Positions 37,663-47,605 of a stretch of DNA of 64,000 nt are shown here, piece after piece. The notes beneath the pieces were generated by a model. That model searched no databases. It was not told where the DNA came from and saw only the letters and a list, made by a program, of their open reading frames with translations. This DNA is from a bacterium (lineage in GTDB: Bacteria; Patescibacteriota; CPR2; UBA1875; JAJYID01), in NCBI GenBank assembly GCA_021787535.1, contig JAJYLR010000001.1:492321-556320 (forward strand). The letters run 5' to 3'. Within the stretch, counting starts at the first letter, position 1. Each line of letters opens with the position of its first letter. Position numbers and translations under genes: made by a program.

Positions 37663-37827
37663 CTATTTTATCTCTTTATGAACGGTATGCTTTTTGTCTC
37701 TTTTACAGTATTTATTCAATTCCAACTTATCGGTAGTATTTCTATCGTTCTTCTTGGTTGTATAATTCCTCTCCTTGCATTCCTTACATTCAAGAGTAAT
37801 AATTTTCCGTGGTCCTTTCTTTGCCAT
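37663..37827 (-). CDS. rpmG: 50S ribosomal protein L33
   Basis: [32 protein letters not shown]. Confidence 0.96.
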   Translation of the reverse strand: MAKKGPRKIITLECKECKERNYTTKKNDRNTTDKLELNKYCKRDKKHTVHKEIK

Positions 37828-37853
37828 TTTATCCTTTCTATTAGTTATCTCTC

Positions 37854-37929
37854 TGGAGCCCACCACCGGGATTGAACCGGTGACCTCATCCTTACCATGG
37901 ATGCGCTCTACCAACTGAGCTAGGTGGGC
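37854..37929 (-). tRNA. tRNA-Thr (GGT)
   Basis: GCCCACCTAGCTCAGTTGG..CATCCAT-GGT-AAGGATG..GGTTCAATCCCGGTGGTGGGCTCCA. Confidence 0.97.
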
Positions 37930-37949
37930 AAAATACTAGTAATATCTTT

Positions 37950-38207
37950 TTATCGCCATTCCCTAGATATTAGCTTCAATTTTTTTTCATGTGACCACTT
38001 CTTAGCCTGTATTTCCCTTTGTCTAGCCTCTGATTTACTGCCAAAAGGTTGCGACACATAAACTAGCTCAAATGGTCCTTGGTCTACTGCAAATTTAGCG
38101 CCATTACCAGAGTTGTGCTTTTTAATTCTCTCCACCAGATCAGTAGTCATGCCCACATATAACCTATTTGTCCTCGCTTTAGCTAAATAAATATACCATG
38201 GTTTCAT
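37950..38207 (-). CDS. Stand-alone GIY-YIG nuclease
   Basis: WYIY..LYVGMT..ERIKKHN..EARQRE..K. Confidence 0.88.
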   Translation of the reverse strand: MKPWYIYLAKARTNRLYVGMTTDLVERIKKHNSGNGAKFAVDQGPFELVYVSQPFGSKSEARQREIQAKKWSHEKKLKLISREWR

Positions 38208-38335
38208 CACAAATATTTCTTTATGGGCCTCTCGATAAACTCGAGGTCATTCGACTCTTCCAAACTCAAACCCTCCTAATTAATGATAATTCATCTAATA
38301 TCTTGGCTTGCCATGAGCGAACATAGTGAGTCGAA

Positions 38336-38421
38336 TGGTGGCGGGGGAGGGATTCGAACCCCCGAAGGCAAATGCCAGCAGATTTACAGTCTGCCCCGGT
38401 TGACCGCTTCGGTACCCCGCC
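38336..38421 (-). tRNA. tRNA-Tyr (GTA)
   Basis: GCAGACT-GTA-AATCTGC, long variable arm, GGTTCGAATCCCTCCCCCGCCACCA. Confidence 0.97.
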
Positions 38422-38503
38422 AGGTTTAATTAATAATTATTGATTAAAAATTCACAATTTTAGGAATATTTTAATTATGAATTTATTAATTTTTAATTGT
38501 CAC

Positions 38504-38578
38504 TGGAGCCGCCTGTCGGATTTGAACCGACGACCTACTGTTTACAAAACAGTTGCTCTACCACTGAGCTAAGGCGGC
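38504..38578 (-). tRNA. tRNA-Thr (TGT)
   Basis: GCCGCCTTAGCTCAGTGG..ACTGTTT-TGT-AAACAGT..GGTTCAAATCCGACAGGCGGCTCCA. Confidence 0.97.
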
Positions 38579-38659
38579 AAAAATACTGAAATATTATACT
38601 CGTTTTTGCTTCCCTGGTCAATTATAATAGTAACATCAATTAATATAACTAGCCATCTT

Positions 38660-39913
38660 ATGCCAAAAATAAAGTCAGAATTCCCCAGCGGTTTTTTATG
38701 GGGTGCTAGTACATCAGCGCATCAGGTTGAAGGCGGCACGTATAATCAATGGGACCGTTGGGAAATGAAAAATGCCGAAAGATTGGCCGGTGAAGCTGAA
38801 CAGGCATTATCGCACTGGCTGCCTAACTGGAATCGTATTAAACCGCAAGCTCAAAATATTCAAAATTATATTAGCGGACGCACCTGTGATCATTGGAACC
38901 GTTACGAGGAAGATGTCCGCTTAGCTAAATCACTGGGCATGAACGCATATCGCTTCTCTATCGAATGGTCCCGTGTTGAACCTCAAGAAGGACAGTTTAG
39001 CCGAGAGGCAATCAAACACTACCAGCAAATGATTGATTCATTGAGAAAGCATGATATTCAACCATTTGTTACGTTGTGGCACTGGACAGTGCCTTTATGG
39101 TTCGAGGATGGGGGCGGCTGGAAAAATAGCAATGCTCCGGATCAGTTTGCAAGTTTCGTGTCATATGTTGGAAAAAACTTAAAGGGAGTGCAGTTTTGGA
39201 TTACCTTAAATGAACCTAATGTTTATATATACTTCTCACTTCTAAAAGCCGCCTGGCCCCCTCAAAATAGAAGCTTCCGGGCTGCACAGAAGGCTCGGCG
39301 CAATCTGGCTCGCGGACATCGTTTGGCTTATAAAATACTCAAATCATTCTCTGATGAATTTCAGGTGGGTTTATCGGAAAACCTTGCTTGGTTTGAGTTA
39401 GGTGATAACTCTCCAACTACCTATGTGAACAAACTGGTAAATGAACGCCTCAGCCATTACTTCTTTCGGCATAATATCTCAAAGATGGATTTTATCGGTT
39501 TAAACCATTATTTTCACAATCGTTTGAAGGGATGGAAACAAAATCAAAATGCAAATAAAAAACTATCTGATCTGGGCTGGGAACTATATCCTGAGGGGCT
39601 TTACCATGCTGCTCAGACTGCTTCAGCTTACAAAAAACCAATATATATTACAGAGCATGGCTTAGCAGACGCCGAAGATAAAAATCGCAAATGGTTTTTA
39701 ACTGAAAGCTTAAGAGAATTGTCAAGAGCGATCAGCGAAGGTGCGGATGTGCGCGGTTATATGCACTGGTCACTTTTGGACAATTTTGAATGGGCTTATG
39801 GATTCTGGCCTCGTTTCGGCCTCATTGAGGTTGATTATAAAACGTTAAAGCGTACAGTACGTCCGTCTGCGAAAGAGTATGCTCAGATAATTCAGCAGAA
39901 TGGAGTAAAGTAA
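38660..39913 (+). CDS. Glycoside hydrolase family 1 (beta-glucosidase-like)
   Basis: FLWGASTSAHQVEG, RFSIEWSR, TLNEP, ITEHG, WSLLDNFEW. Confidence 0.95.
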   Translation: MPKIKSEFPSGFLWGASTSAHQVEGGTYNQWDRWEMKNAERLAGEAEQALSHWLPNWNRIKPQAQNIQNYISGRTCDHWNRYEEDVRLAKSLGMNAYRFSIEWSRVEPQEGQFSREAIKHYQQMIDSLRKHDIQPFVTLWHWTVPLWFEDGGGWKNSNAPDQFASFVSYVGKNLKGVQFWITLNEPNVYIYFSLLKAAWPPQNRSFRAAQKARRNLARGHRLAYKILKSFSDEFQVGLSENLAWFELGDNSPTTYVNKLVNERLSHYFFRHNISKMDFIGLNHYFHNRLKGWKQNQNANKKLSDLGWELYPEGLYHAAQTASAYKKPIYITEHGLADAEDKNRKWFLTESLRELSRAISEGADVRGYMHWSLLDNFEWAYGFWPRFGLIEVDYKTLKRTVRPSAKEYAQIIQQNGVK

Positions 39914-39938
39914 GAAAAGAAATGATCGCGCATAAATT

Positions 39939-40694
39939 TCACTCCCGTCTGGCGAGCTGCCTTTTTACATCAGCATCTTCAGGGTCTATCTCTAAAATAT
40001 GAGTTAAGACGCGAGTGTATTTATCAGACTGCCCATTATCTTTATAAGCATCAGCCAGCATTTTGAGATGTTTAACATTTGGCTCCGCTTCAAGCGATGT
40101 CAAGCTCTCTAATGCTTTCACGGCCAATTTTTTATCCTTATTTTTTTTTGCAGCCAGAGCCAGGTTGATATAACGGCCGCTTGCATTAGGATTGATAGCA
40201 ACAGCTTTTTCGAATGCGGAGACAGCATTTTTATAATCTCTCATTTTTAAATAGCTAAGTCCCAGATTATTAAATGCTGTGTCGTTAACCGGATCATACT
40301 CCACTGTTTTTTGAAAAGCATTCACAGCATCCTCGAGATTATTTTCTTTAAAGAAGATATTTCCAAGCGCAAGATAAGCATGGTGGTTTTTTCTATCAGC
40401 TTTTATAGCATCGATCAGCAGTTTTTCAGCTTCTCGCAAATTACCTTGTTCAAGTTCGCTATGAGCATCAGAAATCAGCCGATCGGCGCCCTTCTCGTCA
40501 TTTGATTCTTCCTCCAGAAGCCCTTCTTCGATAAGTTCTTCTTTGTCAGCATCCGGCGACTCCTTTTTTTGTTTTTCTACAGGTTGAGCTTCTTTTTCTT
40601 GCACTAAAGTATCTTCCATATCACGGAAGTTGATTTTTCGAACTAGGTAATAAGATACGCCGGCAATAATTGCAAAAGTTATAATTTCCCACAT
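39939..40694 (-). CDS. Membrane-anchored TPR protein
   Basis: N-terminal TM; repeated AYLALG/AFNNLG TPR patterns. Confidence 0.85.
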   Translation of the reverse strand: MWEIITFAIIAGVSYYLVRKINFRDMEDTLVQEKEAQPVEKQKKESPDADKEELIEEGLLEEESNDEKGADRLISDAHSELEQGNLREAEKLLIDAIKADRKNHHAYLALGNIFFKENNLEDAVNAFQKTVEYDPVNDTAFNNLGLSYLKMRDYKNAVSAFEKAVAINPNASGRYINLALAAKKNKDKKLAVKALESLTSLEAEPNVKHLKMLADAYKDNGQSDKYTRVLTHILEIDPEDADVKRQLARRE

Positions 40695-41360
40695 TTACTT
40701 TTTCTCCTTTGCTGTTTTTCTATCTTTATGACCATTTTCATAAGCTAAGCAGCACATAAGTTTTCCGCAGATACCGGAAACTTTACTTGCATTTCTCGAC
40801 CCCTCAAACTGTTCTCTCACCATATCCATAGAGATATTATCGAGCTTGGTCAGAAAATTCTTACAGCATATCGGCCTTCCGCAAGGTCCGAAGCCGTCCA
40901 AAACTCTCGCTTCATCGCGCTGGCCCATCTGCCGAAATAAAACAGTTTTCTGAAGCTGCCTGGACATCTCTCTAACTAAATTTCGAAAGTCCACTCTGGA
41001 GTCAGCGGTAAAGTAGAAAGTCACTTTCTCGCCGTCCAGGGAAAACTCAAAGTCAACGAACTTCATGGGTAATCCATGCTCCTCCGTTTTTTTTCTAAAA
41101 ACTTCGATGTAGCCCTGGTGGTCTTCTTTTAATCTTTCAAGTCGCGCTACATCCTTTTCACTTAAAATTCTTTGAATTCCTTTCAGCGGTTCGTCTTTTG
41201 AGCTTTTCACCTGTTTATCCGTATACCTCACTTTGCCTGCTTCTTCCCCGTATGCGGTCTCGACGAGAACAAAATCTCCAATCCTCACATCTCCTTCGGG
41301 CGCGCGAAAATCATAAATTTTGATACCTGATCGAAACTGTACCCCTATAGCTTTTGACAT
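40695..41360 (-). CDS. ricT: PSP1/RicT (YaaT) family protein
   Basis: FTADSRVDFR, GPCGRPICC, SGICGKLMCCLAYE; follows holB. Confidence 0.92.
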   Translation of the reverse strand: MSKAIGVQFRSGIKIYDFRAPEGDVRIGDFVLVETAYGEEAGKVRYTDKQVKSSKDEPLKGIQRILSEKDVARLERLKEDHQGYIEVFRKKTEEHGLPMKFVDFEFSLDGEKVTFYFTADSRVDFRNLVREMSRQLQKTVLFRQMGQRDEARVLDGFGPCGRPICCKNFLTKLDNISMDMVREQFEGSRNASKVSGICGKLMCCLAYENGHKDRKTAKEKK

Positions 41361-42133
41361 TATAACTCCATATTTAAAACTAAATTTTCTAAGACAAACT
41401 TAGCCGAAACGTTTGCCCTAAGGTAACCTCGCGATTTCTGTACCAGTTCCAAAGCTTTTATAATATTGCGTTCATTATCTTTATTCTGAAGCAGCTCGTT
41501 TCTTAAATCCATTTCCAGACTATCCAAAAGGTCTTTTGCTAAATTCTTATCCTTTGCATACCTTTGAATGATGGCAAATTTTTCAAAAATTTTTTTACTT
41601 TTACTAAAAATAGTCTGAAGCTCTTGATTGTCTATTTTATCAAATCCCACCTCGGCTTTTGTGCCAAAGTTGATCATCTGGCTTCTGGATGTAATCGTTT
41701 CCGGCAAAAGAGTTTTATCCGGGACAGTCATGATAATAACACTGTTTTCCGGCGGCTCCTCCAATATTTTCAGCATAGCATTGGCGCTTTCTTCGGTTAA
41801 AAAATGAGAATCTTTGATGATTGCGACCTTATGCGCAGCTTGATATGGCTTCAGAAACAAATTCCTCTGTAGATCTCTAATCTCGGCGATTTTAATCGCG
41901 CCTTCTCCGCCCAATTTAATTAAATCGGGATGATTGCCTGCCTCTATCAGCTTGCAATTTCTGCAAGTTGAACAAGCTGTATCGCTTCCCTCTGCACATA
42001 GAACAGCTTTTGCAAAGTCGAGAGCCGCGCCAAGTTTCCCGGTTCCTTCCTGCCCGGCAAAAAGCATAAAATGAGTAAACTCTCTGCTCCTCAGCTGATT
42101 TTTTAAATATTTATCCTGCACTATTTTTGCCAT
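41360..42133 (-). CDS. holB: DNA polymerase III delta-prime subunit
   Basis: LFAGQEGTGK, CSTCRNC, NHPD, ANAMLKILEEPP, TITSR. Confidence 0.9.
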   Translation of the reverse strand: MAKIVQDKYLKNQLRSREFTHFMLFAGQEGTGKLGAALDFAKAVLCAEGSDTACSTCRNCKLIEAGNHPDLIKLGGEGAIKIAEIRDLQRNLFLKPYQAAHKVAIIKDSHFLTEESANAMLKILEEPPENSVIIMTVPDKTLLPETITSRSQMINFGTKAEVGFDKIDNQELQTIFSKSKKIFEKFAIIQRYAKDKNLAKDLLDSLEMDLRNELLQNKDNERNIIKALELVQKSRGYLRANVSAKFVLENLVLNMEL

Positions 42134-42187
42134 AACTTGTGATAAATTATAGCAGTTTATAGTTAAAAAATCCATTGAACTATAGTT

Positions 42188-43045
42188 TTACAAAATTTTT
42201 TCCAAATCCTCAGGCAAATCTGATTTGAAATGGTATTTTTTACCAAATAATTCAAACGCCAGTTCATGAGCATGAAGAAACTGCCTTTTTAATAATCCCA
42301 AGGAATCGCCTTTTTTGCCATATGCTTTATCCCTCACAACCGGATAACCGATCCCGGCAAAGTGAACGCGAATCTGATGCGTCCTGCCGGTAATAATGCG
42401 AACCTTCAAATAACTCATATTAGCAATGTATTTTATTAGTTCATACTTTGTTAGCGCTTCCCGGCCGGATACGCTCGCTTCCATTTTTTTGCGGTCTTTT
42501 TCGCTGCGTTTAATAGGAATATCAATACTTCCCTTCTCCGGTTGAATTTTTCCCCAAACTAAAGTGAGATATGTCTTTTCAAATTTCCTGTCTTTAATCA
42601 GTTTTTTTAATTCTTGCTCTGACTTTGAATTTTTTGCGAAAACTATCAGTCCTGATGTATCTTTATCAAGCCGATGTACTACCCCCGGCCGTTCTTCATC
42701 TGAAACTTGCATCTTATCTTTGATAGCATCAAGCAAAGTACCGCTTTTATGGCTTTCATCGGGGTAAACAACAATACCAGGTTGTTTATTCAAGACAATA
42801 ATATTTTCATCTTCATAGATGATATCGATGGCCGGCTTTTCCGCCTCCTTTTGGGGTATTTCCTCTTTCACAATTATCTTGTCACCCTGGACAACTATTT
42901 TGTTCGGTTTCGCCTTTTGGCTATTAACTAAAACTAATGCTGTTTTAATCTTTTTCTGGGCTTGGCTTCTTGTAATACCTAAGAGACTTGATACTACCGC
43001 ATCAAGTCTCCCTCCCTCGCCTTTATAAATTATATGCTTCGTCAT
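42188..43045 (-). CDS. RluA/RluD-family pseudouridine synthase
   Basis: S4 domain, HRLDKDTSGL, TGRTHQIRVH, FLHA. Confidence 0.93.
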   Translation of the reverse strand: MTKHIIYKGEGGRLDAVVSSLLGITRSQAQKKIKTALVLVNSQKAKPNKIVVQGDKIIVKEEIPQKEAEKPAIDIIYEDENIIVLNKQPGIVVYPDESHKSGTLLDAIKDKMQVSDEERPGVVHRLDKDTSGLIVFAKNSKSEQELKKLIKDRKFEKTYLTLVWGKIQPEKGSIDIPIKRSEKDRKKMEASVSGREALTKYELIKYIANMSYLKVRIITGRTHQIRVHFAGIGYPVVRDKAYGKKGDSLGLLKRQFLHAHELAFELFGKKYHFKSDLPEDLEKIL

Positions 43046-44062
43046 TTAGCTGACTTTGTCCGTTACTTTCTCTAGTTGTTGCCTATTGCCCATTAAAATT
43101 AATCTGTCATTTAGAGCTAAGATCTCATTGCCGGCCGGATTAATTGTACTAGTACCGTCAACTCTATTAATTGCCAAAATTGAAACGCAGTTTTCCACTT
43201 GATTTAAATAAAACGAAACTGGCCTGTTAATATACTCTGATCTTGGCCCGATTTGCAGTTCCTCGATCTGCAGCTCATCATGCTTGCCGTCAACAATTAC
43301 GTCAAGAAAATCTACAACAGCAGGCCGAAGTGCCATAGTCGCCATATGATATCCGGCTATTTGCGCAGGCATCGTCACTTTGTTCGCACCCGCTTTCTTC
43401 ATTTTGGCAATCCCTTCCTCTCTTTCAGCGCGAGCAATAATGAAAACATCCGGGTTTAAAGATCTGGCTGACAGTACTATATATAAGCTATCCACTTCTG
43501 AGCCGGGTACTACAATGACAGACTTCGCTTTTAGAATGCCTGCTTTAAGCAAAGTCTTTTCTTCTGTCGGATCTCCATTGACCGCTAAAAAGCCGCTGTC
43601 TTCAGCATTTTTAGCTTCTTTCGGATCCCTATCTACGATAACAAATTTCTTTTTTTCATCTGATAACTCCTCGGCGATTTGTTTTCCGACTCTGCCATAA
43701 CCGCAAATAATGAAGTGATCATGGCAGGCGTCTATTGTTTTTTTCATAACCCTCCTTTTTCTGTTTTCTTTAAAGGTCCCTTCAAAAAGATATTCTGCAG
43801 CAAACTTTATTACATATGCTACAATAATATAACTTCCTAAAATTAGGATAAGTATGAGAATTTGTACTGGGAAAGGTTCTAGTGTCTCATGATAGAAATG
43901 TTCCAGAAGAACGCTAATGGTCTGATAGAAAGCATTCCATGGAGAGAAATCCTTTAATATCATAAATCCAGCTGTCCCTATTGTCAAAAGAGCAACAATC
44001 ACCAGCGCTAAAACTTTCAGCACATCGTTTTGGGATTCTTCTTTGCCTATACCCTCCTTCAT
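43046..44062 (-). CDS. 2-TM channel plus TrkA-N/TrkA-C (RCK) protein with atypical pore
   Basis: IICGYGRVG Rossmann motif, GDPT, RCK-C; no TVGYG. Confidence 0.85.
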   Translation of the reverse strand: MKEGIGKEESQNDVLKVLALVIVALLTIGTAGFMILKDFSPWNAFYQTISVLLEHFYHETLEPFPVQILILILILGSYIIVAYVIKFAAEYLFEGTFKENRKRRVMKKTIDACHDHFIICGYGRVGKQIAEELSDEKKKFVIVDRDPKEAKNAEDSGFLAVNGDPTEEKTLLKAGILKAKSVIVVPGSEVDSLYIVLSARSLNPDVFIIARAEREEGIAKMKKAGANKVTMPAQIAGYHMATMALRPAVVDFLDVIVDGKHDELQIEELQIGPRSEYINRPVSFYLNQVENCVSILAINRVDGTSTINPAGNEILALNDRLILMGNRQQLEKVTDKVS

Positions 44063-44134
44063 AGCTTTTATTATAGCGTTTTACACTATAAAGAACAATA
44101 TAATCAAGAAGCTAAAGTTTGATCATTTTCAATA

Positions 44135-44551
44135 CTAACGTTTTGAGAACTGAGGGGCCTTGCGAGCGCGCTTGAGCCCGTATTTTTTTCTCTCCTTTGC
44201 CCTTGGATCGCGAGTCAGAAAGCCCGATTTTCTAAGAGTAGTCTTATTGCTTTCATCATATATAACCAAAGCTCTCGATATGCCGTGGTTAATCGCATCA
44301 ATTTGTGCCCTCTTCCCTCCGCCGGCTACAATAGCTGAAATATCAAATTTATCTTTCAAACCCAGTGTTTCCAGCGGAACAAAAATAGAGTCCTGATCGA
44401 GAGGATTTGTAAAATATTCTTTATAATCTTTGCCGTTTATAATTACCTGGCCTTTACCTGAGTAAATCCTCACTCTGGCCACTGCCTCTTTTCTTCTGCC
44501 GACTGCGCAAAAGTATTTACCTTTGAAATCTACAATATTTTCATTAGCCAT
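44135..44551 (-). CDS. rpsI: 30S ribosomal protein S9
   Basis: GRRKEAVARV; QFSKR C-terminus. Confidence 0.98.
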   Translation of the reverse strand: MANENIVDFKGKYFCAVGRRKEAVARVRIYSGKGQVIINGKDYKEYFTNPLDQDSIFVPLETLGLKDKFDISAIVAGGGKRAQIDAINHGISRALVIYDESNKTTLRKSGFLTRDPRAKERKKYGLKRARKAPQFSKR

Positions 44552-44558
44552 TATTTTC

Positions 44559-45008
44559 TTAACCTCTTAACCTTCCTTTTTCAATCTTTAGTTCAACGGG
44601 CTTCTGCGCCTCATGGTCATGATCTTGGCCTCGATAAACCCTGAGTTTTTTCATAAACTCTTTCTGCAACCTGTTTTTTGGCAGCATTCCGCGAACTGCA
44701 TGTTCTATTACATACTCCGGCTTTTTTGCAATCATATCTTTAAATGCTGTTTCTTTGAGACCGCCCGGATACCAGCTATGAGAATAATATTTCTTATCCT
44801 GAAATTTATTGCCGCTCACTTTCACCTTAGCTGCATTAATAATTATTAAATGATCACCCATATCCATATGCGGCGAAAAACTCGGTTTGCCTTTGCCTCT
44901 TAAGATATCGCTGGCAAGCACCGCTAGTTTGCCTAAAGTCTGGCCTTCGGCGTCAATTAAAAGCCATCGCCTTTCTACATCGCCTTGTTTCGCTATATAT
45001 GTTTTCAT
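44559..45008 (-). CDS. rplM: 50S ribosomal protein L13
   Basis: WLLIDA; AVRGMLPKN. Confidence 0.98.
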   Translation of the reverse strand: MKTYIAKQGDVERRWLLIDAEGQTLGKLAVLASDILRGKGKPSFSPHMDMGDHLIIINAAKVKVSGNKFQDKKYYSHSWYPGGLKETAFKDMIAKKPEYVIEHAVRGMLPKNRLQKEFMKKLRVYRGQDHDHEAQKPVELKIEKGRLRG

Positions 45009-45466
45009 TTCTTTTTCTCCGTAACTTTTTTCTCAGCCGGTTTTTTTGCGGTTTTCTTATCTTTAGTATCTTTCGCTTGATTATCTTTATCTTTTTTCAC
45101 CAGTTGCTCGGTGTCTAAAAGTTCTATAAGAGCCATCTCAGCGTTATCCCCCACCCGCGGACCGATTTTTGTAATCCTGAGATAACCACCTTGTCTTTTT
45201 CCATACAAAGGCGCAAGCTCTTTGAGAAGTTTCTGGCTGGCATTCACATCAAGAAAATAAGAGTTAAGCTTTCGAATGGCTGCGAGATCCCCCTTCTTTG
45301 CCACTGTAATCATTTTCTCTAGTTGCGGACGGATTGCCTTTGCCTTCGGCAAGGTTGTTTTGACTTTTTCATGCAGAACAATAGAAGTTGCCAAGTTTCT
45401 AAGCATCAATTCTCTTGGTTGCTTTTCCCTTCCTAATTTTCTTGTGTTAATACCATGTCTATGCAT
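45005..45466 (-). CDS. rplQ: 50S ribosomal protein L17
   Basis: TTLPKAK; RQGGYLRI; RVGDNA. Confidence 0.97.
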   Translation of the reverse strand: MHRHGINTRKLGREKQPRELMLRNLATSIVLHEKVKTTLPKAKAIRPQLEKMITVAKKGDLAAIRKLNSYFLDVNASQKLLKELAPLYGKRQGGYLRITKIGPRVGDNAEMALIELLDTEQLVKKDKDNQAKDTKDKKTAKKPAEKKVTEKKK

Positions 45467-46424
45467 CTTGGCTATTGTCCTCTTCTTTCTTGTCTGTTAA
45501 AAGTCCGAGTTCATCAAGTTTTTCCAGTACTTCTTCATATGCTTTTGCTCCAAATCCTTTCAGATTCTTCAGTTCATCAAGACTTCTTTTTAAAATATCA
45601 TCAACAGTCTTGATATCATTATTAAGAAGAGCATTAGTAGTTCTTGGAGAAAGGTTGATTTCTTCTACCATAATGCCGGATGATTGATTATCACCATCTA
45701 TTTCCGCAACTTCCGGCTTTCTCACTGTAGCAGATTCTTTGCCGCTTAATACCAGAAAATGATCCACTAGAATCTCAGATGATTTCTGTACTGCCTCCTC
45801 AGGAGTCACCGTACCATCGGTTTCAATTTCTAAGATAAGCTTGTCAAGGTTAGTCATCTGTCCGACACGAGTACTTTCAACATTATATCTGACTCTTCTA
45901 ACCGGTGAATAAAGCGCGTCAAGAGCGATAAAACCGACCCCCGTCTTTTCTTTCTTTCTTTTTTCCGCTGTCACATATCCGCGGCCTCGATCAATGCAAA
46001 GCTCCACATCAAACTTTGCCTTTTTATTATCCAAAGTGGCAATATGCAGATCAGGATTTACAACTTCTACGTTTTGATTTGTTTTAATATCCGCCGCCGT
46101 CACTTTAGCCGGTCCCGTTTTCGAGAGTGTTATATACTGCGGTTCATCAAAGTCGGACACTGCTTTCACTCTCAGCTGCTTCAAGTTCATCATTATTTCT
46201 ACAACATCCTCTTTAATATTAGGTATAGTAGAAAACTCATGAAGCACACCTTCAATCTTAGCTGAAGTCACAGCCGCGCCATCCAAAGACGACAAAAGCA
46301 CTCTCCTTAAAGAATTACCTAAAGTCATGCCGTAACCCGGGTGCAGGGGTTCGATCGCAAAGACAGCAGTATTGCCCTTTGACTCTAGCTTTTTAATTTC
46401 CGGAAGTTGTATTTCGTATAACAC
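45459..46424 (-). CDS. rpoA: RNA polymerase alpha subunit
   Basis: EPLHPGYGMTLGNSLRRVLLSS. Confidence 0.98.
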   Translation of the reverse strand: MLYEIQLPEIKKLESKGNTAVFAIEPLHPGYGMTLGNSLRRVLLSSLDGAAVTSAKIEGVLHEFSTIPNIKEDVVEIMMNLKQLRVKAVSDFDEPQYITLSKTGPAKVTAADIKTNQNVEVVNPDLHIATLDNKKAKFDVELCIDRGRGYVTAEKRKKEKTGVGFIALDALYSPVRRVRYNVESTRVGQMTNLDKLILEIETDGTVTPEEAVQKSSEILVDHFLVLSGKESATVRKPEVAEIDGDNQSSGIMVEEINLSPRTTNALLNNDIKTVDDILKRSLDELKNLKGFGAKAYEEVLEKLDELGLLTDKKEEDNSQDA

Positions 46425-46465
46425 TTTTCTCCCTTCTGGCCCCGCATTTAGCGGTTCAAGCCATA

Positions 46466-47092
46466 TTATTTAGAATATAATTCAACAATTAGTTGTTCTT
46501 GAATATTTGGATCAAGGTCTTCCCTTGCCGGCACTGACTTTACTTCTCCTCTCAGCTTAGCTAGATCGACTATAAGCCAGCTTATTTCAATGGTATCTTT
46601 TTTATCTTTCATTCGAGAGAAGTAAGGGTTTTTCTGACTGGATTTTTTTACTTCCAGTTTGTCACCGGCTTTCAGTTCATATGAAGGAACATCGACCTTC
46701 TTACTATTAACCGTGAAGTGCCCATGCCCGACAATCTGCTTTGCGGTCCTTCTGGATGGTGCAAAACCCATTCTATAAACTACATTATCAAGACGCATTT
46801 CCAGAGTTTGCAGCAAAAGTTCACCAGTAAGGCCGCGTTTTCTCTCAGCTTTCTTATAGTAGTTTCTAAATTGTTTCTCTAAAACGCCATAAATCCTTTT
46901 AACCTTTTGCTTTTCTCGAAGTTGGATGCCGTAATCGCTCATCTTTCTCCTACCGGAAGCCAGGCCGTGTATGCCTGGAGCATATGACCTTCTGAAAACC
47001 GCGCATTTCTGGGAGGAGCATCTCTCTCCTTTTAAGAAGAGTTTTTCGCCTTCCCGGCGGCATTGTCTGCATTGTTCTTGAATCTTTGCCAT
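46466..47092 (-). CDS. rpsD: 30S ribosomal protein S4 (zinc-binding type)
   Basis: CRQCRREG; QLREKQK; LEMRLDNVVYR. Confidence 0.98.
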   Translation of the reverse strand: MAKIQEQCRQCRREGEKLFLKGERCSSQKCAVFRRSYAPGIHGLASGRRKMSDYGIQLREKQKVKRIYGVLEKQFRNYYKKAERKRGLTGELLLQTLEMRLDNVVYRMGFAPSRRTAKQIVGHGHFTVNSKKVDVPSYELKAGDKLEVKKSSQKNPYFSRMKDKKDTIEISWLIVDLAKLRGEVKSVPAREDLDPNIQEQLIVELYSK

Positions 47093-47135
47093 TAAATTTT
47101 TACCCTAATAATTTTACTTTTGAATTTTGAATTAA

Positions 47136-47528
47136 TTAAACTCTCCTCGGTTTCTTAGCCCTGCAACCGTTATGAGGAAGTGGTGTAACATCTTTAATCG
47201 ATTTTACATATACGCCTAAAGCTTGAAGCGCTCTGACAGCCATATCTCTGCCGGAACCAACACCTTTCACATAAACATCAACTTCTGAGAGTCCATATGG
47301 CTTTGCTTTTGTGATCGCTGCTTCCATAGCAACCTGGGCGGCATATGGGGTGGACTTTCTTGAACCTTTAAACCCGGCTGCTCCTGCTGAACCGGAAGCG
47401 ATAACATTGCCACTTTCATCAGTAATAGAAATCACTGTATTATTAAATGTAGCCTTAATATGAACAGCGCCTTTTGTAACTGTTTTTTTAGTCTTATGTC
47501 TTTTTTTCGTTGTAACTTTCTTTGCCAT
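47136..47528 (-). CDS. rpsK: 30S ribosomal protein S11
   Basis: [13 protein letters not shown]; PHNGCR. Confidence 0.98.
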   Translation of the reverse strand: MAKKVTTKKRHKTKKTVTKGAVHIKATFNNTVISITDESGNVIASGSAGAAGFKGSRKSTPYAAQVAMEAAITKAKPYGLSEVDVYVKGVGSGRDMAVRALQALGVYVKSIKDVTPLPHNGCRAKKPRRV

Positions 47529-47605
47529 ATGAATTGTTTTAACTGTTCAAAATGTTCTAACTGTTCTTTATCAATAATTTCAACATTCAAACATTTTTAA
47601 CATTA

